Shown here in pieces: positions 17,243 through 27,230 of a stretch of DNA of 64,000 nucleotides (positions are counted from its first letter, which is position 1; each line of letters begins with the position of its first letter). The position numbers were made by a program, and so were the translations under genes. Source of the stretch: a virus; IMG/VR virus record IMGVR_UViG_3300037222_000116, positions 23,903 through 87,902 of that record. One strand, 5' to 3'. Under the pieces are notes generated by a model that searched no databases, had not been told where the DNA came from, and saw nothing but the letters and a program-made list of their open reading frames with translations.

Positions 17243-18077
17243 TATGAATGCCAAGCCCCACATCAAGACGAGCATGATCTTCGGCGGCTCGGGAGCAGGA
17301 AAGACGCACCTGTGCTGCACGTACCCGAAGCCCGCGTGGATCGGCAGCACGCGCGAAGAGGGATTCGTCACGATTCAGACGATGGATCGGGCGAACCTCT
17401 ATGACCCCAAAGTGCCAGTGCAAATCTTCGGCGTCTCCTCGATGCTGGAGATGATGCGGGACTTCAATCAGTTCATCATCCCGCAGATCCGTGCGGGCAA
17501 GATCGAGACGGTCTGCGTTGAGTTGAGCTACTACACCAACGACGTCATCGACGCCGCGCCCGAAGAGGCGAACGGCTGGGTCAAGTACATGGCCCTGATG
17601 AAGCACATCAACTTCATTGACAAGGTCATCAAGGCATTCCCGAATTGTCGGCTTGTCTACAATGCCCTGTCCGCGCCCGAGAAAGAGGTCGACAAGGCCC
17701 CGACCGGCATTCTCACGGCGGGCAAGGCGATTTCCAAGACCATTCCCGCGGCGACGTCGCTCTTCGGCTATCTGCGCACCGAAGACAAAGGCAACAGCGT
17801 CGTCGACCGCGTGCTTCACCTGACGACCTACGGCCCGTATATGTGCCGTCACAGGTTCGGCAACAAGCTCCCCCCGCTCGTGCGCAACCCGAGCTATCGC
17901 AAGCTGGAGCAGTTGTTGTCGGGCGAAATGACGGTCGATCACGAAGGCTATGTTGTCGCGCCGGGAAGTGTGGTAGCAATGCCACCGGCAAAGACGATCG
18001 TGGCTGCTGCTCCCGCCAAGCTGCCCGACATCAACCTGCTCGACCCCGAGCCCCTTCCGCCGCTCGAATTGGATTAG
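17229..18077 (+). CDS. AAA_24 / Sak4-like ATPase (recombination)
   Basis: IFGGSGAGKT Walker A; RF..KLPPLVRNPSY tail; lies between the exonuclease and the SSB-like gene. Confidence 0.75.
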   Translation: MPRIDMNAKPHIKTSMIFGGSGAGKTHLCCTYPKPAWIGSTREEGFVTIQTMDRANLYDPKVPVQIFGVSSMLEMMRDFNQFIIPQIRAGKIETVCVELSYYTNDVIDAAPEEANGWVKYMALMKHINFIDKVIKAFPNCRLVYNALSAPEKEVDKAPTGILTAGKAISKTIPAATSLFGYLRTEDKGNSVVDRVLHLTTYGPYMCRHRFGNKLPPLVRNPSYRKLEQLLSGEMTVDHEGYVVAPGSVVAMPPAKTIVAAAPAKLPDINLLDPEPLPPLELD

Positions 18078-18159
18078 AGCGAGGCGTAGGAAACCGATTC
18101 TGTAATTCGTCTCTGGAGTAGTACCAGCAGTACAACGCCCACTGAGGAGAAATACCAAC

Positions 18160-19125
18160 ATGGCCGACAAGGACAAGCCTTCGCAGGACTTCGTGATGGA
18201 CTTCGTGACGCCCGAGTACATGGCGTCGACGAAGACGGAAGACGGACGCGGCGGCGGTTTCGCGCGCGTCCCGGTCTGTGACTGCGCGCGCTTCAAGATC
18301 GTCGACGCCGCGATCCAGCCCAAGGAAGGCGACAAGCCCCACAACATGCTCGCGCTGACGCTCGCGGTGCTCGCGCACCCCGACGCGAGTGCGGTCGGCA
18401 TGAACACGAAGGTTCTCCTCGCGGGCTCCAAGGAAAGCCCCAAGTTCATGCGGGGGCGTCTCGCGCACTACATCAGCACGCTCAAGATCCCGCCCGGTCG
18501 CATCGCGCGGTCGGCGTGGATCGGTCGCGAGTTCGAGGGCTCCGTCGTCTGGGAGAAGGCCAAGCCCACGATGAACTCGCAGGGCGAGACGGTCATCTAC
18601 GTCAACGACCGCGTGTGCAACGAGCGCGCGTTCGGTGCCGAGGTCCCCAAGGGCTTCAACGCGGAGAAGGCGAGCGCCGAGGCCAAGAAGTACCTCGATG
18701 CCAAGGACGGCGGCTCGCCGGGCGCGAACGTCGAGGGCGGCGGTGCGGCTCCGTGGGCTCCCGAGGGCAGCGCGCCGACCGAAGGCGCGACGGCGACGGT
18801 CGACGGCGCGGGTGCTGCGACCGGCACGACGGGCTTCAAGCCCGAGAGCGAGATCAACGACGACACGGTCTTCGCGTACCGTGCGGCGATCAAGCTCGAC
18901 ATGAAGTCCAAGGAGACGGCGCGCGAGGCCCTCATCGGCATCGGCTTCGACCCGGACGGCCCGGTGGACAGCAGCAAGCTCAAGGGGACGATCAAGGCGA
19001 AGTACGACGCCAAGTTCCCCCCGCAGGCCGACGAGGACGAGCTGCCCGCGCTTGGCGGCGCGAACGGCGCGGCGACGGCTGCCAAGACCGGCACGCGCAC
19101 CAAGCCCGCGGGCGCGACCGCGTAG
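18160..19125 (+). CDS. putative single-stranded DNA-binding protein (DUF669-like)
   Basis: Beta-rich N-terminal region with flexible Gly/Ala/acidic tail; strong codon bias; follows the Sak4-like gene; AGGAG RBS. Confidence 0.55.
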   Translation: MADKDKPSQDFVMDFVTPEYMASTKTEDGRGGGFARVPVCDCARFKIVDAAIQPKEGDKPHNMLALTLAVLAHPDASAVGMNTKVLLAGSKESPKFMRGRLAHYISTLKIPPGRIARSAWIGREFEGSVVWEKAKPTMNSQGETVIYVNDRVCNERAFGAEVPKGFNAEKASAEAKKYLDAKDGGSPGANVEGGGAAPWAPEGSAPTEGATATVDGAGAATGTTGFKPESEINDDTVFAYRAAIKLDMKSKETAREALIGIGFDPDGPVDSSKLKGTIKAKYDAKFPPQADEDELPALGGANGAATAAKTGTRTKPAGATA

Positions 19126-19139
19126 TCAGCAACGATGAA

Positions 19140-19184
19140 CGGGAGCACCACGCCTCGCCCGCGTGGTGCTCCCGGTTGTACTTT
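19140..19184 (+). terminator. hairpin terminator
   Basis: Perfect 14-bp stem CGGGAGCACCACGC/GCGTGGTGCTCCCG followed by a T-rich tract. Confidence 0.65.
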
Positions 19185-19198
19185 CTCTCGCTGGGGAG

Positions 19199-19678
19199 AT
19201 GAATCTGATGCCGCCTTGGTCGGCGCGTGAGCTGAAGGACGCTATCGTTGCGCGAACTGCCGTCGAAACCGGGATGAATGTTCTCGGTGGCGAGCTGCGC
19301 AAGCAGTTGCGGCTCGCGCTCGATTGGATCGATCGGCAGCATTCGGCTCTTGTAGAAGCTGGTGAGAACGCTCAGCTCAAGCAGCGCGTGCGCGCGCTGC
19401 AAGATCAAGTCAACATGCTTGAAGCCGAGAAGAGCGGCGTCGAGAAGCAGCTTCTTGAATCGTATGAAAATCGCAATCGCGAGATTCAGGCAGCGCTGGC
19501 ACGCCACGATCGATCGCAAATTACGAACGCCAGCGTCGCGCAGTTGCTCGCGCTCCAAGAAGACCACAAGAGACTGCGCGACAAGCTCGGTGTGGGCTTA
19601 TACGACTGGTCGATGACCGACGGCCTGCCGTGGTGGGAAACCCATCCGGGGCTCTCTCGTACTTCTGGAGGGAAGTGA
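19199..19678 (+). CDS. coiled-coil hypothetical protein
   Basis: Heptad-like region; GGGGAG RBS. Confidence 0.6.
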   Translation: MNLMPPWSARELKDAIVARTAVETGMNVLGGELRKQLRLALDWIDRQHSALVEAGENAQLKQRVRALQDQVNMLEAEKSGVEKQLLESYENRNREIQAALARHDRSQITNASVAQLLALQEDHKRLRDKLGVGLYDWSMTDGLPWWETHPGLSRTSGGK

Positions 19679-19684
19679 ATTCCA

Positions 19685-19938
19685 TGGCGAGTTGCAAAGT
19701 GTGTCTCGAACACCTGCGCAAAGATGGCACCTGCAAATGGGCTTGTGATCCAAAGCTCGCCAATCCATTCAAGCGCACACGCCCTGTCGGCGTCAAAGAA
19801 GTGCCTGCTGACCAGCGCGGCGCAACGTTCTCGGTGGCAGAGCGACAGAACATGAGCAACGCGGTCGCCAAGGTCGACAAGACCTACGCGAGCTGGAGCA
19901 ATGAGATTCTTGCCCGGAAGAACCACGGCTCACGGTGA
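19685..19938 (+). CDS. small Cys-containing protein
   Basis: CKVC...CKWAC; overlaps the polymerase start. Confidence 0.5.
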
Positions 19939-22934
19939 GCACGGCAGTCGCTACGCCTGTTGTTCGCCTGACCGTCTTGCAGAAGCGTCTGCTCGATGAC
20001 GGGGCGAGATGCTGGGAGTGTCCTCTAGGGCGCGACGGCGCTCCATCCAAGCCTGTAGCTACACAATGGCACAGCAATGGTTCGCCAGCGTTGGCCTTGG
20101 TAGGGGAAGCGCCCGGCAGGAGAGAATGTCAAGTAGGTGCCCCATTCGTCGGCGCGAGCGGAAAAATGCTCGATACGGTCTTGAATCAGACCGAGATCCC
20201 ACGAAACCAAATCGCCATCCTGAACTGCGCTGCTTGCGGTCCAATCCCATCTGCGGCTGACGACATCAAGCGTCGTGCGGTCGAAGCGTGCAGGCCGCGC
20301 CTGCTCGCTGAGCTGAACAGGCTTCAGCCCAAAGTCATTCTTGGGCTCGGTGCGAGCGCCCTGAAGTCTCTCTCGCCACAGCAGAAGAGCGGCATTACCG
20401 TCCTGCGCGGTGCAATGCTGGACTTAGGTACTGACGTCGCGACCAAGTGGAAGCCGTCAGGCTTCTTTACAACTTTTCATCCGGCGCACATTCTTCGAGG
20501 CGGTGACGCCGAGGCCGAGGGACCGGGAGACGAGGGAAGCAGCGCCGTAGACCTCCTGTTCTACTTCTTCCTGTACGACGTCCTGAAGGCGTGGAACGTC
20601 GCGCAGGGCCTTGCGTCACCGTGGCGCGACGAATGTGACCTGTTCGTCCACAGTGAAGAAGGCAAGCTGTTTCGGGCGACGACCAATGCCACTGGCGCAG
20701 GCGTCGTTGGAGACGAAGCACACGCCGACGAGCTGATTGCTGCCGCACAGCGCCTCGCCGACGAAGCGCGTACCGAGGGCCGCTTTGCCTGCGACGTCGA
20801 GACAGACGGCAAGAATTCACTTCTCGCCAACCTGACTGCCATCGGCTTCGCGACGACGTTGGGCGGCTTGAGTGCGACGTGGGAGGCATGGCAGCGCGTA
20901 CCGCAGGCGCTCGGGATCATGCGCGAACTGCTCGCTGATCCACATATCCACATCGTTTTCCACAACCGGACCTACGACACCTGTGTCCTGCCACGACACG
21001 AGCTGCCGGTGCTCGGCATCGTCGACGACACGTTGCTCTTTCACCATGCAGCGTTCCCCGGCCTGCCACACAAGCTCGACCAAGTAGCCACGCAGTTTCT
21101 CATCACGCCGCCGTGGAAAAACGAATTCCGAAAGGGCACAAAAGACTTCGCGACGTTGGTGCTTTACAACTTCAGAGACGCGCACGCGACAGCATTGTTG
21201 GTTGGGCCGTTGATCAACATGATCAAGGCCCACAAGACCGAGAAGGTCTACGAAGTCGACCGCCAGTGTGCGGGCGTCGCGACCGAGATGCGCAAGATCG
21301 GCTTCTACGTCGATCGCGTCGAGCAGAAGCGACATAGCGACATTCAGCACGCCCGCCTCAAGTACATGCGGGAGTCGTTGACCAAGAGCTTCACGGACAT
21401 CGCTGAGCCATGGCGCGTCCAGCTCGCCAAGAACAACGCCAACAAAGTCAGGAAAAAAGACCCCGAGAGCTATCTCGACCGGGTTGCGATTCGCTATCGC
21501 GAGATCGCCGAGCGAGAGAAGAAGCCGACAGACATCGGCTTCTTCAAGCCCAAAGCCAAAGCAGACATCGTCGCTCTCTTTGAAGTGCTCAGGATTCCCT
21601 TCACGGCGTACACGAGTAAGGGCGCTCCGATCACAGACAAGAACGCAATGGAGCTGGCATCGATGCGCCACCCGTTGCTGCGGCAGTTGATTGACCTACG
21701 AGAAGCGCAGCAGTTGCTCGCGACCTACATCGACGGTCTGCCAGTGATGTTCGATGGACGCCTGCACCCTGATTGGAGCGTGAATAAAGTCACTGGACGA
21801 TGGTCTGCTGGGAAAACCCAGAACGTCCCCAAGCAGGTGAGTAGCTGGCCCCCGGAGACGAATGACGATGGGACTTGGAAGAGGAAGAAAAAAGGCGCGT
21901 ACATCACGCCGATCGAGAACCCGCGCTCGATTGTCTGCGCGCCGAGTGCGGCTCAAATTCTGTCACTCGGCTCGAAAGCGCATCCCGAAGTCCTGAGTCG
22001 TGCTCTCGAAGGCTACAGGCGTATGCTCTTCGGAGCTGACTCAGCCCAACAAGAGCTGCGCATCGTCGCGCTGATCAGTGGTGACAAGTTCCTGCTGGAC
22101 ATCTTCAATCGTGGCGAAGACCCGCACGCCGCCTTCGCGCGAATCGCTTTCCCGAAGGTCTTTCCTCAGATCGAAGCTGAGCTGGCGAAGCACGGCGTCA
22201 AGCCCAAGGACACAGCATTCACCAAGAAGAAGATTGCTGAAGCGCAGAACGACATCGAGCGGGCGCATTGGAATGCTGTGCTGCGGCTTCAGAAGAATTG
22301 GAGCAAGCTCCGCGACGTCTCGAAGAACGGCGAGTTCGGCTGCATCTACGGCGCAGGAGCCATGAAGATTTACGAGACATGGCGCATGCGTCTGCCCGAC
22401 GAGGAGACGCTGACTCTGTCTGATGCCGAGGCATTCTTCGAGACGTGCAACCGAGTGCTGGAGGGAGTCAACCGCTGGCGCAATCGGATGGAGACAGACG
22501 CGAGATTGCGAAGAGAGATCCGAGAGGTCTTGGGATACCGGGTTCGACTCTTCCCGCTCGGGCACTTCAATCCCAATATCTGTTACAACTTCCCGGTCCA
22601 AGCCTTCGGCGCATCGTTGATTGCGAGGGCTATCTTCCGGTTCGTGGCGCTGACGCAGCCGTCGTGGCTCAACCTCGGGATGCTCTACAAGAACGGCCTG
22701 CTCGATGCCAAGTGGGTGAGTGACAGAAGAGCCGAGGGCTATGGTGATTGGAAGGCTCCTGTGTGGCTGTTGATCAACGGCCACGATTCACTGGTCGGTG
22801 AATGCGACGAGGAGGACGCTGCCAAAGCCGCCAAGCTGCTAGAGCTGGCAATGACGATGCGCGTGAACATCGGCGACGCGTCGATTCTCTTTCCCGCCGA
22901 GCCTGACGTCGGCGTTCGTTGGTCGGAGGTTTGA
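19935..22934 (+). CDS. DNA polymerase family A fused to an N-terminal uracil-DNA glycosylase (family 4-like) domain
   Basis: CWEC...GEAPG...PFVG...HPA UDG motifs; exonuclease CDVETD, HNRTYD, YNFRDA; Pol motifs DSAQQELR, K..EFGCIYG, HDSLV. Confidence 0.93.
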   Translation: MSTAVATPVVRLTVLQKRLLDDGARCWECPLGRDGAPSKPVATQWHSNGSPALALVGEAPGRRECQVGAPFVGASGKMLDTVLNQTEIPRNQIAILNCAACGPIPSAADDIKRRAVEACRPRLLAELNRLQPKVILGLGASALKSLSPQQKSGITVLRGAMLDLGTDVATKWKPSGFFTTFHPAHILRGGDAEAEGPGDEGSSAVDLLFYFFLYDVLKAWNVAQGLASPWRDECDLFVHSEEGKLFRATTNATGAGVVGDEAHADELIAAAQRLADEARTEGRFACDVETDGKNSLLANLTAIGFATTLGGLSATWEAWQRVPQALGIMRELLADPHIHIVFHNRTYDTCVLPRHELPVLGIVDDTLLFHHAAFPGLPHKLDQVATQFLITPPWKNEFRKGTKDFATLVLYNFRDAHATALLVGPLINMIKAHKTEKVYEVDRQCAGVATEMRKIGFYVDRVEQKRHSDIQHARLKYMRESLTKSFTDIAEPWRVQLAKNNANKVRKKDPESYLDRVAIRYREIAEREKKPTDIGFFKPKAKADIVALFEVLRIPFTAYTSKGAPITDKNAMELASMRHPLLRQLIDLREAQQLLATYIDGLPVMFDGRLHPDWSVNKVTGRWSAGKTQNVPKQVSSWPPETNDDGTWKRKKKGAYITPIENPRSIVCAPSAAQILSLGSKAHPEVLSRALEGYRRMLFGADSAQQELRIVALISGDKFLLDIFNRGEDPHAAFARIAFPKVFPQIEAELAKHGVKPKDTAFTKKKIAEAQNDIERAHWNAVLRLQKNWSKLRDVSKNGEFGCIYGAGAMKIYETWRMRLPDEETLTLSDAEAFFETCNRVLEGVNRWRNRMETDARLRREIREVLGYRVRLFPLGHFNPNICYNFPVQAFGASLIARAIFRFVALTQPSWLNLGMLYKNGLLDAKWVSDRRAEGYGDWKAPVWLLINGHDSLVGECDEEDAAKAAKLLELAMTMRVNIGDASILFPAEPDVGVRWSEV

Positions 22935-22936
22935 AC

Positions 22937-23164
22937 ATGGTCGAATACGCGGCTACCGGAGTTGTTGTTGGTGGGTTCGGCTTTGTGGAAGTCCACGTTC
23001 CGCGAACCGAGAAGCACATGAGCGAGTGCTATGCACTGGTAGAGATTCATAGGGCGAATCGGCGCGCTGATGGCGTTGAAGAATGGGAAGTTACTTTGGT
23101 GGCTGGCGATCGAACGGTTCTTTGGGTTCCGAAGAACAAGGTCTTTACCCGACGAGCGTTCTAA
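22937..23164 (+). CDS. hypothetical protein
   Basis: GGAGG RBS just after the polymerase stop. Confidence 0.5.
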   Translation: MVEYAATGVVVGGFGFVEVHVPRTEKHMSECYALVEIHRANRRADGVEEWEVTLVAGDRTVLWVPKNKVFTRRAF

Positions 23165-23211
23165 TCAAGATGACCTATGCAGGCATCTTCGATGCAGAGG
23201 GGATTGAGGGC

Positions 23212-23817
23212 ATGGCGAGAGCGAACTACAGCGAAGACGGCAACAGCGACAACGTTCACGTCAACTCGCATGAGCGTGAGCTTGCAATCGTCCGCGCCTT
23301 TGCTCCCATTGGCTTAGACCCATGCTCGAACATTCACAGTACGGTCAAGGCTCGTGTCGAGTGGTTTGGACCTCGGGCGACGTGGCCGAACATCTGTGAG
23401 GATTGCTTTGGCACGGGCAAGCTGCTCGGTGGTGTCGAATGCGAATGTCAGTTTGACATCCACGCCGTCGACGGACTACAAAGCGATTGGAAGAGTGTCC
23501 TGCAACCCGGCGAAATCGCTTATGTAAATCATCCTTACGGCAAGTACTGCAAGCCGTGGGTGGCGAAGATGAACGAGGAAGGCGACAAGGGCACCGAAAG
23601 CGTTTCGCTGACGCCGGGCAGGTTCGATACGCAGTGGTTTCGGTCTGCTCGACCGGCATTGATTTGCTGGTATGGTCGTCGGGTGGCCTTCGTCGACAAC
23701 GTGCTCAGGATTGGCATGAAGGACTCTGCCAAGTTCCCTTCGGTCTTCCTCTATTGGGGCAAGCGCGTCGACGAGTTCGAGCAGCACTTCAAGCAGTATG
23801 GCAAGGTGACGACGTGA
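23212..23817 (+). CDS. phage DNA N6-adenine methyltransferase (Dam-like)
   Basis: LDPCS, DGL..DW, YVNHPYG (NPPY variant), P.R.DT.WF, GRRVAF, AKFPS. Confidence 0.8.
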   Translation: MARANYSEDGNSDNVHVNSHERELAIVRAFAPIGLDPCSNIHSTVKARVEWFGPRATWPNICEDCFGTGKLLGGVECECQFDIHAVDGLQSDWKSVLQPGEIAYVNHPYGKYCKPWVAKMNEEGDKGTESVSLTPGRFDTQWFRSARPALICWYGRRVAFVDNVLRIGMKDSAKFPSVFLYWGKRVDEFEQHFKQYGKVTT

Positions 23818-24047
23818 GAATCACAGACGTTCACCTTTGGACTCATTGGACGAGCCCGCTGCACTGTACGTTGGAGATTGCTGGCATTCACATCGGCCTG
23901 CATTGGTGTCTGCCGTGGGCCTATGCCATAAGCAAAGCGTCTGCGCTTCCGTGGCGCTTGTGGGTCTACTCTGAGGCTCACGGGTCTGATTCGTTCTACT
24001 GGCGCGTGCTCGGCTTGGAAATCAACATCCCGTTGGACCAGTCGTGA
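23814..24047 (+). CDS. hypothetical Trp-rich protein
   Basis: GTGA overlap with the MTase stop. Confidence 0.45.
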   Translation: MRITDVHLWTHWTSPLHCTLEIAGIHIGLHWCLPWAYAISKASALPWRLWVYSEAHGSDSFYWRVLGLEINIPLDQS

Positions 24048-24154
24048 AGTACGTCTCGGCATTGAGTGGCGGCAAGGACTCCGTCGCCATGACCTCGTGG
24101 GCAATCCGCACGGGACTCAATCCAATGCAGGCTTGTCGACGATGGGGCCGTTGA
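24044..24154 (+). pseudogene. 5' fragment of a PAPS-reductase/PP-loop family gene
   Basis: Hand-translated MKYVSALSGGKDSVAMTSWAIRTG; SGGKDS PP-loop, then a stop after 36 aa where the converging gene ends. Confidence 0.65.
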
Positions 24155-24683
24155 CGTCGTGGAAGGGGCGGGTGTGGATGCCGCCGTCGCCGCGCCACGT
24201 TCCGGGGTAGGAGGGATGGAAGCTGGGGTAGGCATCAGCGATCACGTTCTCGAACTCGGCGTCGACAACTTCGCCGGGCTCGATGACGGGCAGCGCGTGC
24301 TTCTCGCACAGGTGCGCGCGGCGGGTGCGTGTCGCGCCGATGTTGTAGATGCGCGAGCGCAGCGGTGCAGGTGGCTCTTTCTCCATGGCGCTCTGGAGTG
24401 CCGCCATGGCCTTCTGGATGATCGTCCTGCCTTCGGGTGTCGCGGCGAACGCCGCGAGGTCGGGGTCAGCTTGCAAGGCCGCGCCGACGACCCCTGCGTA
24501 GTCCATGAAGGCACGCGCGAGCCCGCCGATGGTCGGCTCAGGCGGCGTGTACGGCTCCTCGATCTCGACGGTGTGCCAGCCGGGCGGCGTCTTGCCGTGC
24601 TGGTGGTTGAAGCAGCCGCCCGATGGTCCTCTCGTGGGCACGGCACTCGTGCAGTCTTTCGCGTCGCATTTGAGCATCAGCAT
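24117..24683 (-). CDS. hypothetical protein with a split Cys/His motif
   Basis: CDAKDC at the N-terminus, HLCEKH later; GGAG RBS. Confidence 0.65.
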   Translation of the reverse strand: MLMLKCDAKDCTSAVPTRGPSGGCFNHQHGKTPPGWHTVEIEEPYTPPEPTIGGLARAFMDYAGVVGAALQADPDLAAFAATPEGRTIIQKAMAALQSAMEKEPPAPLRSRIYNIGATRTRRAHLCEKHALPVIEPGEVVDAEFENVIADAYPSFHPSYPGTWRGDGGIHTRPFHDVNGPIVDKPALD

Positions 24684-24776
24684 GGTATCTCCGTTGTCTC
24701 CATTGAGTACGGCAAGGTGACGATGTGAGCATGGTGTTGCAAAAGTAGCACGGGCACAGTAGCGTCCGCATCACAA

Positions 24777-27230
24777 ATGCGCGGGCGAGGTAGAGGCAGA
24801 GGACGAAGACCGATCTCGCGTACCCCCGCTCGCGTTTTGGCTGCACGCCCGCCAAGTATCATCGAAGCGCAAGAGCAAGAAGAAGAGAGCACGAAGACCG
24901 AAAGCGTTTCGCTTTCATCACTTCCTCCGTTTGTTTCGCTCATACCGCAAGAGAGAGCCGACTTTTGTATTTGGACTGTCAGCATGGATCTTTGCTTCGC
25001 TGAGATCGTCATTGGACTGGCGGCAGCCCTGCGCGCGCTTGGCTTTGTGGTCGTCACCAGACAAGGCGGGGACGGGCACGCGCCACTTGATTGCGGGCGC
25101 TTGCTAATCATTGCCGGGAACGGACTCGACAACGACACAACTATCACCAAGTTGCCGAGAGACACGATTGTCTACCAGCTTGAGCAGTTCAACAGCCCGT
25201 GGCTCAAGCTGCCGCATTACATCAAGCTGTTGCAGCGCTGTGTTGTCTGGGATTTCTCACCGAGTAATGTTCGGATGCTGCGCAAGCTCGGATGCTCACG
25301 CGTGCAGTTGTGCAGGATAGGCTATGCACCCGAGCTGGAACGAATCAATCACAGCGTCACGCAGGATATTGACGTCTTGTTCTACGGCTCGATGAACAAA
25401 CGACGACAGAAGATTATCTCTCGCTTGCGCCAAGCCGGAATTGCTGTGACTGCTCCGTGCGAGGGTGGTGTTCCTTGTTATGGCAAAGAGCGTGACGACC
25501 TGATTGCCCGGTCTAAGATTGTTCTTAATCTTCACTACTACGCCGATGCCTGCTTGGAGGTCGCGCGTGTCAGCTATCCGCTCGCCAATCAAGTTGTCGT
25601 CGTCAGTGAAAAGGGTAGTGACACTGAGCTGGATGATTTATTCGCCACCGGCATTGTCTTTGCCGACACCGATGATCTTGTCGAGATGCTTCAAATCACA
25701 CTGAACCAGAAGCGCAGCGAGCTTCGCGGGCAGGGTGTTCTAGGGCGGTCGGCGTTGCTCGCCATTCCACAGGTCGATGAGATTCAGCGCTGCTTGTCTC
25801 ACGGGTATCATTGGGATGCTCTGGATGCTGTTCAATCGAGTGCCACGGTCCTGATCGGCACTGTTCAGTGGCGCCTTGAATCAACCCTGCGTTTGCTCGA
25901 ACTACTGGAGCACCAGACGCGTGCTCCAGATCGCATTGTCGTTTGTCCTGACGGCTACGACGCCGCTGTGCTGGGAAAGTTGCAACGCTTCGCCCGGTCG
26001 ATGTCGATTCCGACTCTCGTTGTCGAGCACGCGTGGTCGGTGCAAACGCCGCTGCATGGTCCGGGGGCTCGTTGGCAGACGATACAGACGCTCGGGCTGC
26101 CAGCGAGCGAGCTGATTCTCTGTATCGACGACGACATCTTGGTGCCCTCACAGTATGTTGCCAAGATGGCGACGGCGTGTGAGGAATACGGCGCCGTGAG
26201 TGCTATGGGAACCAATCCCAACGGTGACACGATAACGACTGAATCAGTCGCTTTGATTGCCGGGTGCAAGACATGGATCAGCGACTACGACGGCGAGCTG
26301 CGCAGCTTTGGCGCGGGCTTGTCGGCGATTCGCTTGGGCCTCCTGCATGGCCTCATGGAGATGCCTCTGGCGAGCGAGTATCTCGGCTACAACGGCCACG
26401 ACGAGATCCTGCTCGCTGCGCACCTGTGGCGTCAGAAAGTGCCTATCAGGTATGTCCGCGTCGACGGCATCAGCTTCGACAAGAAGCTCGCGTTGGACGC
26501 TCGGGCAACGTATCGACACCGCGCCAGCGATGATCTAGAAATAAAGCTGTCGGCAGCTACCGGCTGGAAGCGCCCCGGCGCTGCGCGCCCGGCGCTCGAA
26601 TCTGCCTTCACACACATCGCTCGCACTGATGGCTTCAATGTTGCTGGCGGCGGTGAGTCACTGTCGGGGCCGGGGTCGTCTCTCGCACAGACTGTTCGCT
26701 TGCGGGACGCGCTGCCGGGTGTCTTGCGCGAGCTGGAGGTTCGCTCGTTGTTGGACGCGCCCTGCGGCGACTTTCACTGGATGAAGGACGTGGCGCTTGA
26801 CGGCATTGCCTATATCGGCGGCGAGATTGTCTCTGAGTTGATATGGCGAAACGTCCAAAAGTACAGCTCTTCGCATCGCAAGTTCATGCAGCTCGATATT
26901 GTCTCAGGAGCATTGCCGACTGTCGATGCGGTCTTCTGTCGTGACTGTCTGGTGCATCTGTCCAATGCCGACAGCCTTTTGGCGCTACGCAACATGGCTT
27001 GGGCTTCACGCTACCTGCTCTTGACGACGTTCACTGATGTTCATCGAGTCAATCAGGACACGGTGAGCCCGGCATGGCGTGTTTTGAACCTGTGTCGTGA
27101 GCCATTCAATCTGCCTGCGCCACTGCTGCTCATCAACGAAGGCTGTTCAGAAGAGAACGGCGCCTTCGCCGACAAGTCGATTGGCGTCTGGAAGTCCGAG
27201 GATATTCTGCGCGTGCTGGATGGTGAGTAA
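24777..27230 (+). CDS. three-domain glycosyltransferase/glycosyltransferase/SAM-methyltransferase
   Basis: DIDVLFYGS...RSKIVLNLHYY (GT-B-like); CIDDDI (GT-A DxD); LLDAPCGDF...CRDCLVHL (class I MTase). Confidence 0.85.
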   Translation: MRGRGRGRGRRPISRTPARVLAARPPSIIEAQEQEEESTKTESVSLSSLPPFVSLIPQERADFCIWTVSMDLCFAEIVIGLAAALRALGFVVVTRQGGDGHAPLDCGRLLIIAGNGLDNDTTITKLPRDTIVYQLEQFNSPWLKLPHYIKLLQRCVVWDFSPSNVRMLRKLGCSRVQLCRIGYAPELERINHSVTQDIDVLFYGSMNKRRQKIISRLRQAGIAVTAPCEGGVPCYGKERDDLIARSKIVLNLHYYADACLEVARVSYPLANQVVVVSEKGSDTELDDLFATGIVFADTDDLVEMLQITLNQKRSELRGQGVLGRSALLAIPQVDEIQRCLSHGYHWDALDAVQSSATVLIGTVQWRLESTLRLLELLEHQTRAPDRIVVCPDGYDAAVLGKLQRFARSMSIPTLVVEHAWSVQTPLHGPGARWQTIQTLGLPASELILCIDDDILVPSQYVAKMATACEEYGAVSAMGTNPNGDTITTESVALIAGCKTWISDYDGELRSFGAGLSAIRLGLLHGLMEMPLASEYLGYNGHDEILLAAHLWRQKVPIRYVRVDGISFDKKLALDARATYRHRASDDLEIKLSAATGWKRPGAARPALESAFTHIARTDGFNVAGGGESLSGPGSSLAQTVRLRDALPGVLRELEVRSLLDAPCGDFHWMKDVALDGIAYIGGEIVSELIWRNVQKYSSSHRKFMQLDIVSGALPTVDAVFCRDCLVHLSNADSLLALRNMAWASRYLLLTTFTDVHRVNQDTVSPAWRVLNLCREPFNLPAPLLLINEGCSEENGAFADKSIGVWKSEDILRVLDGE

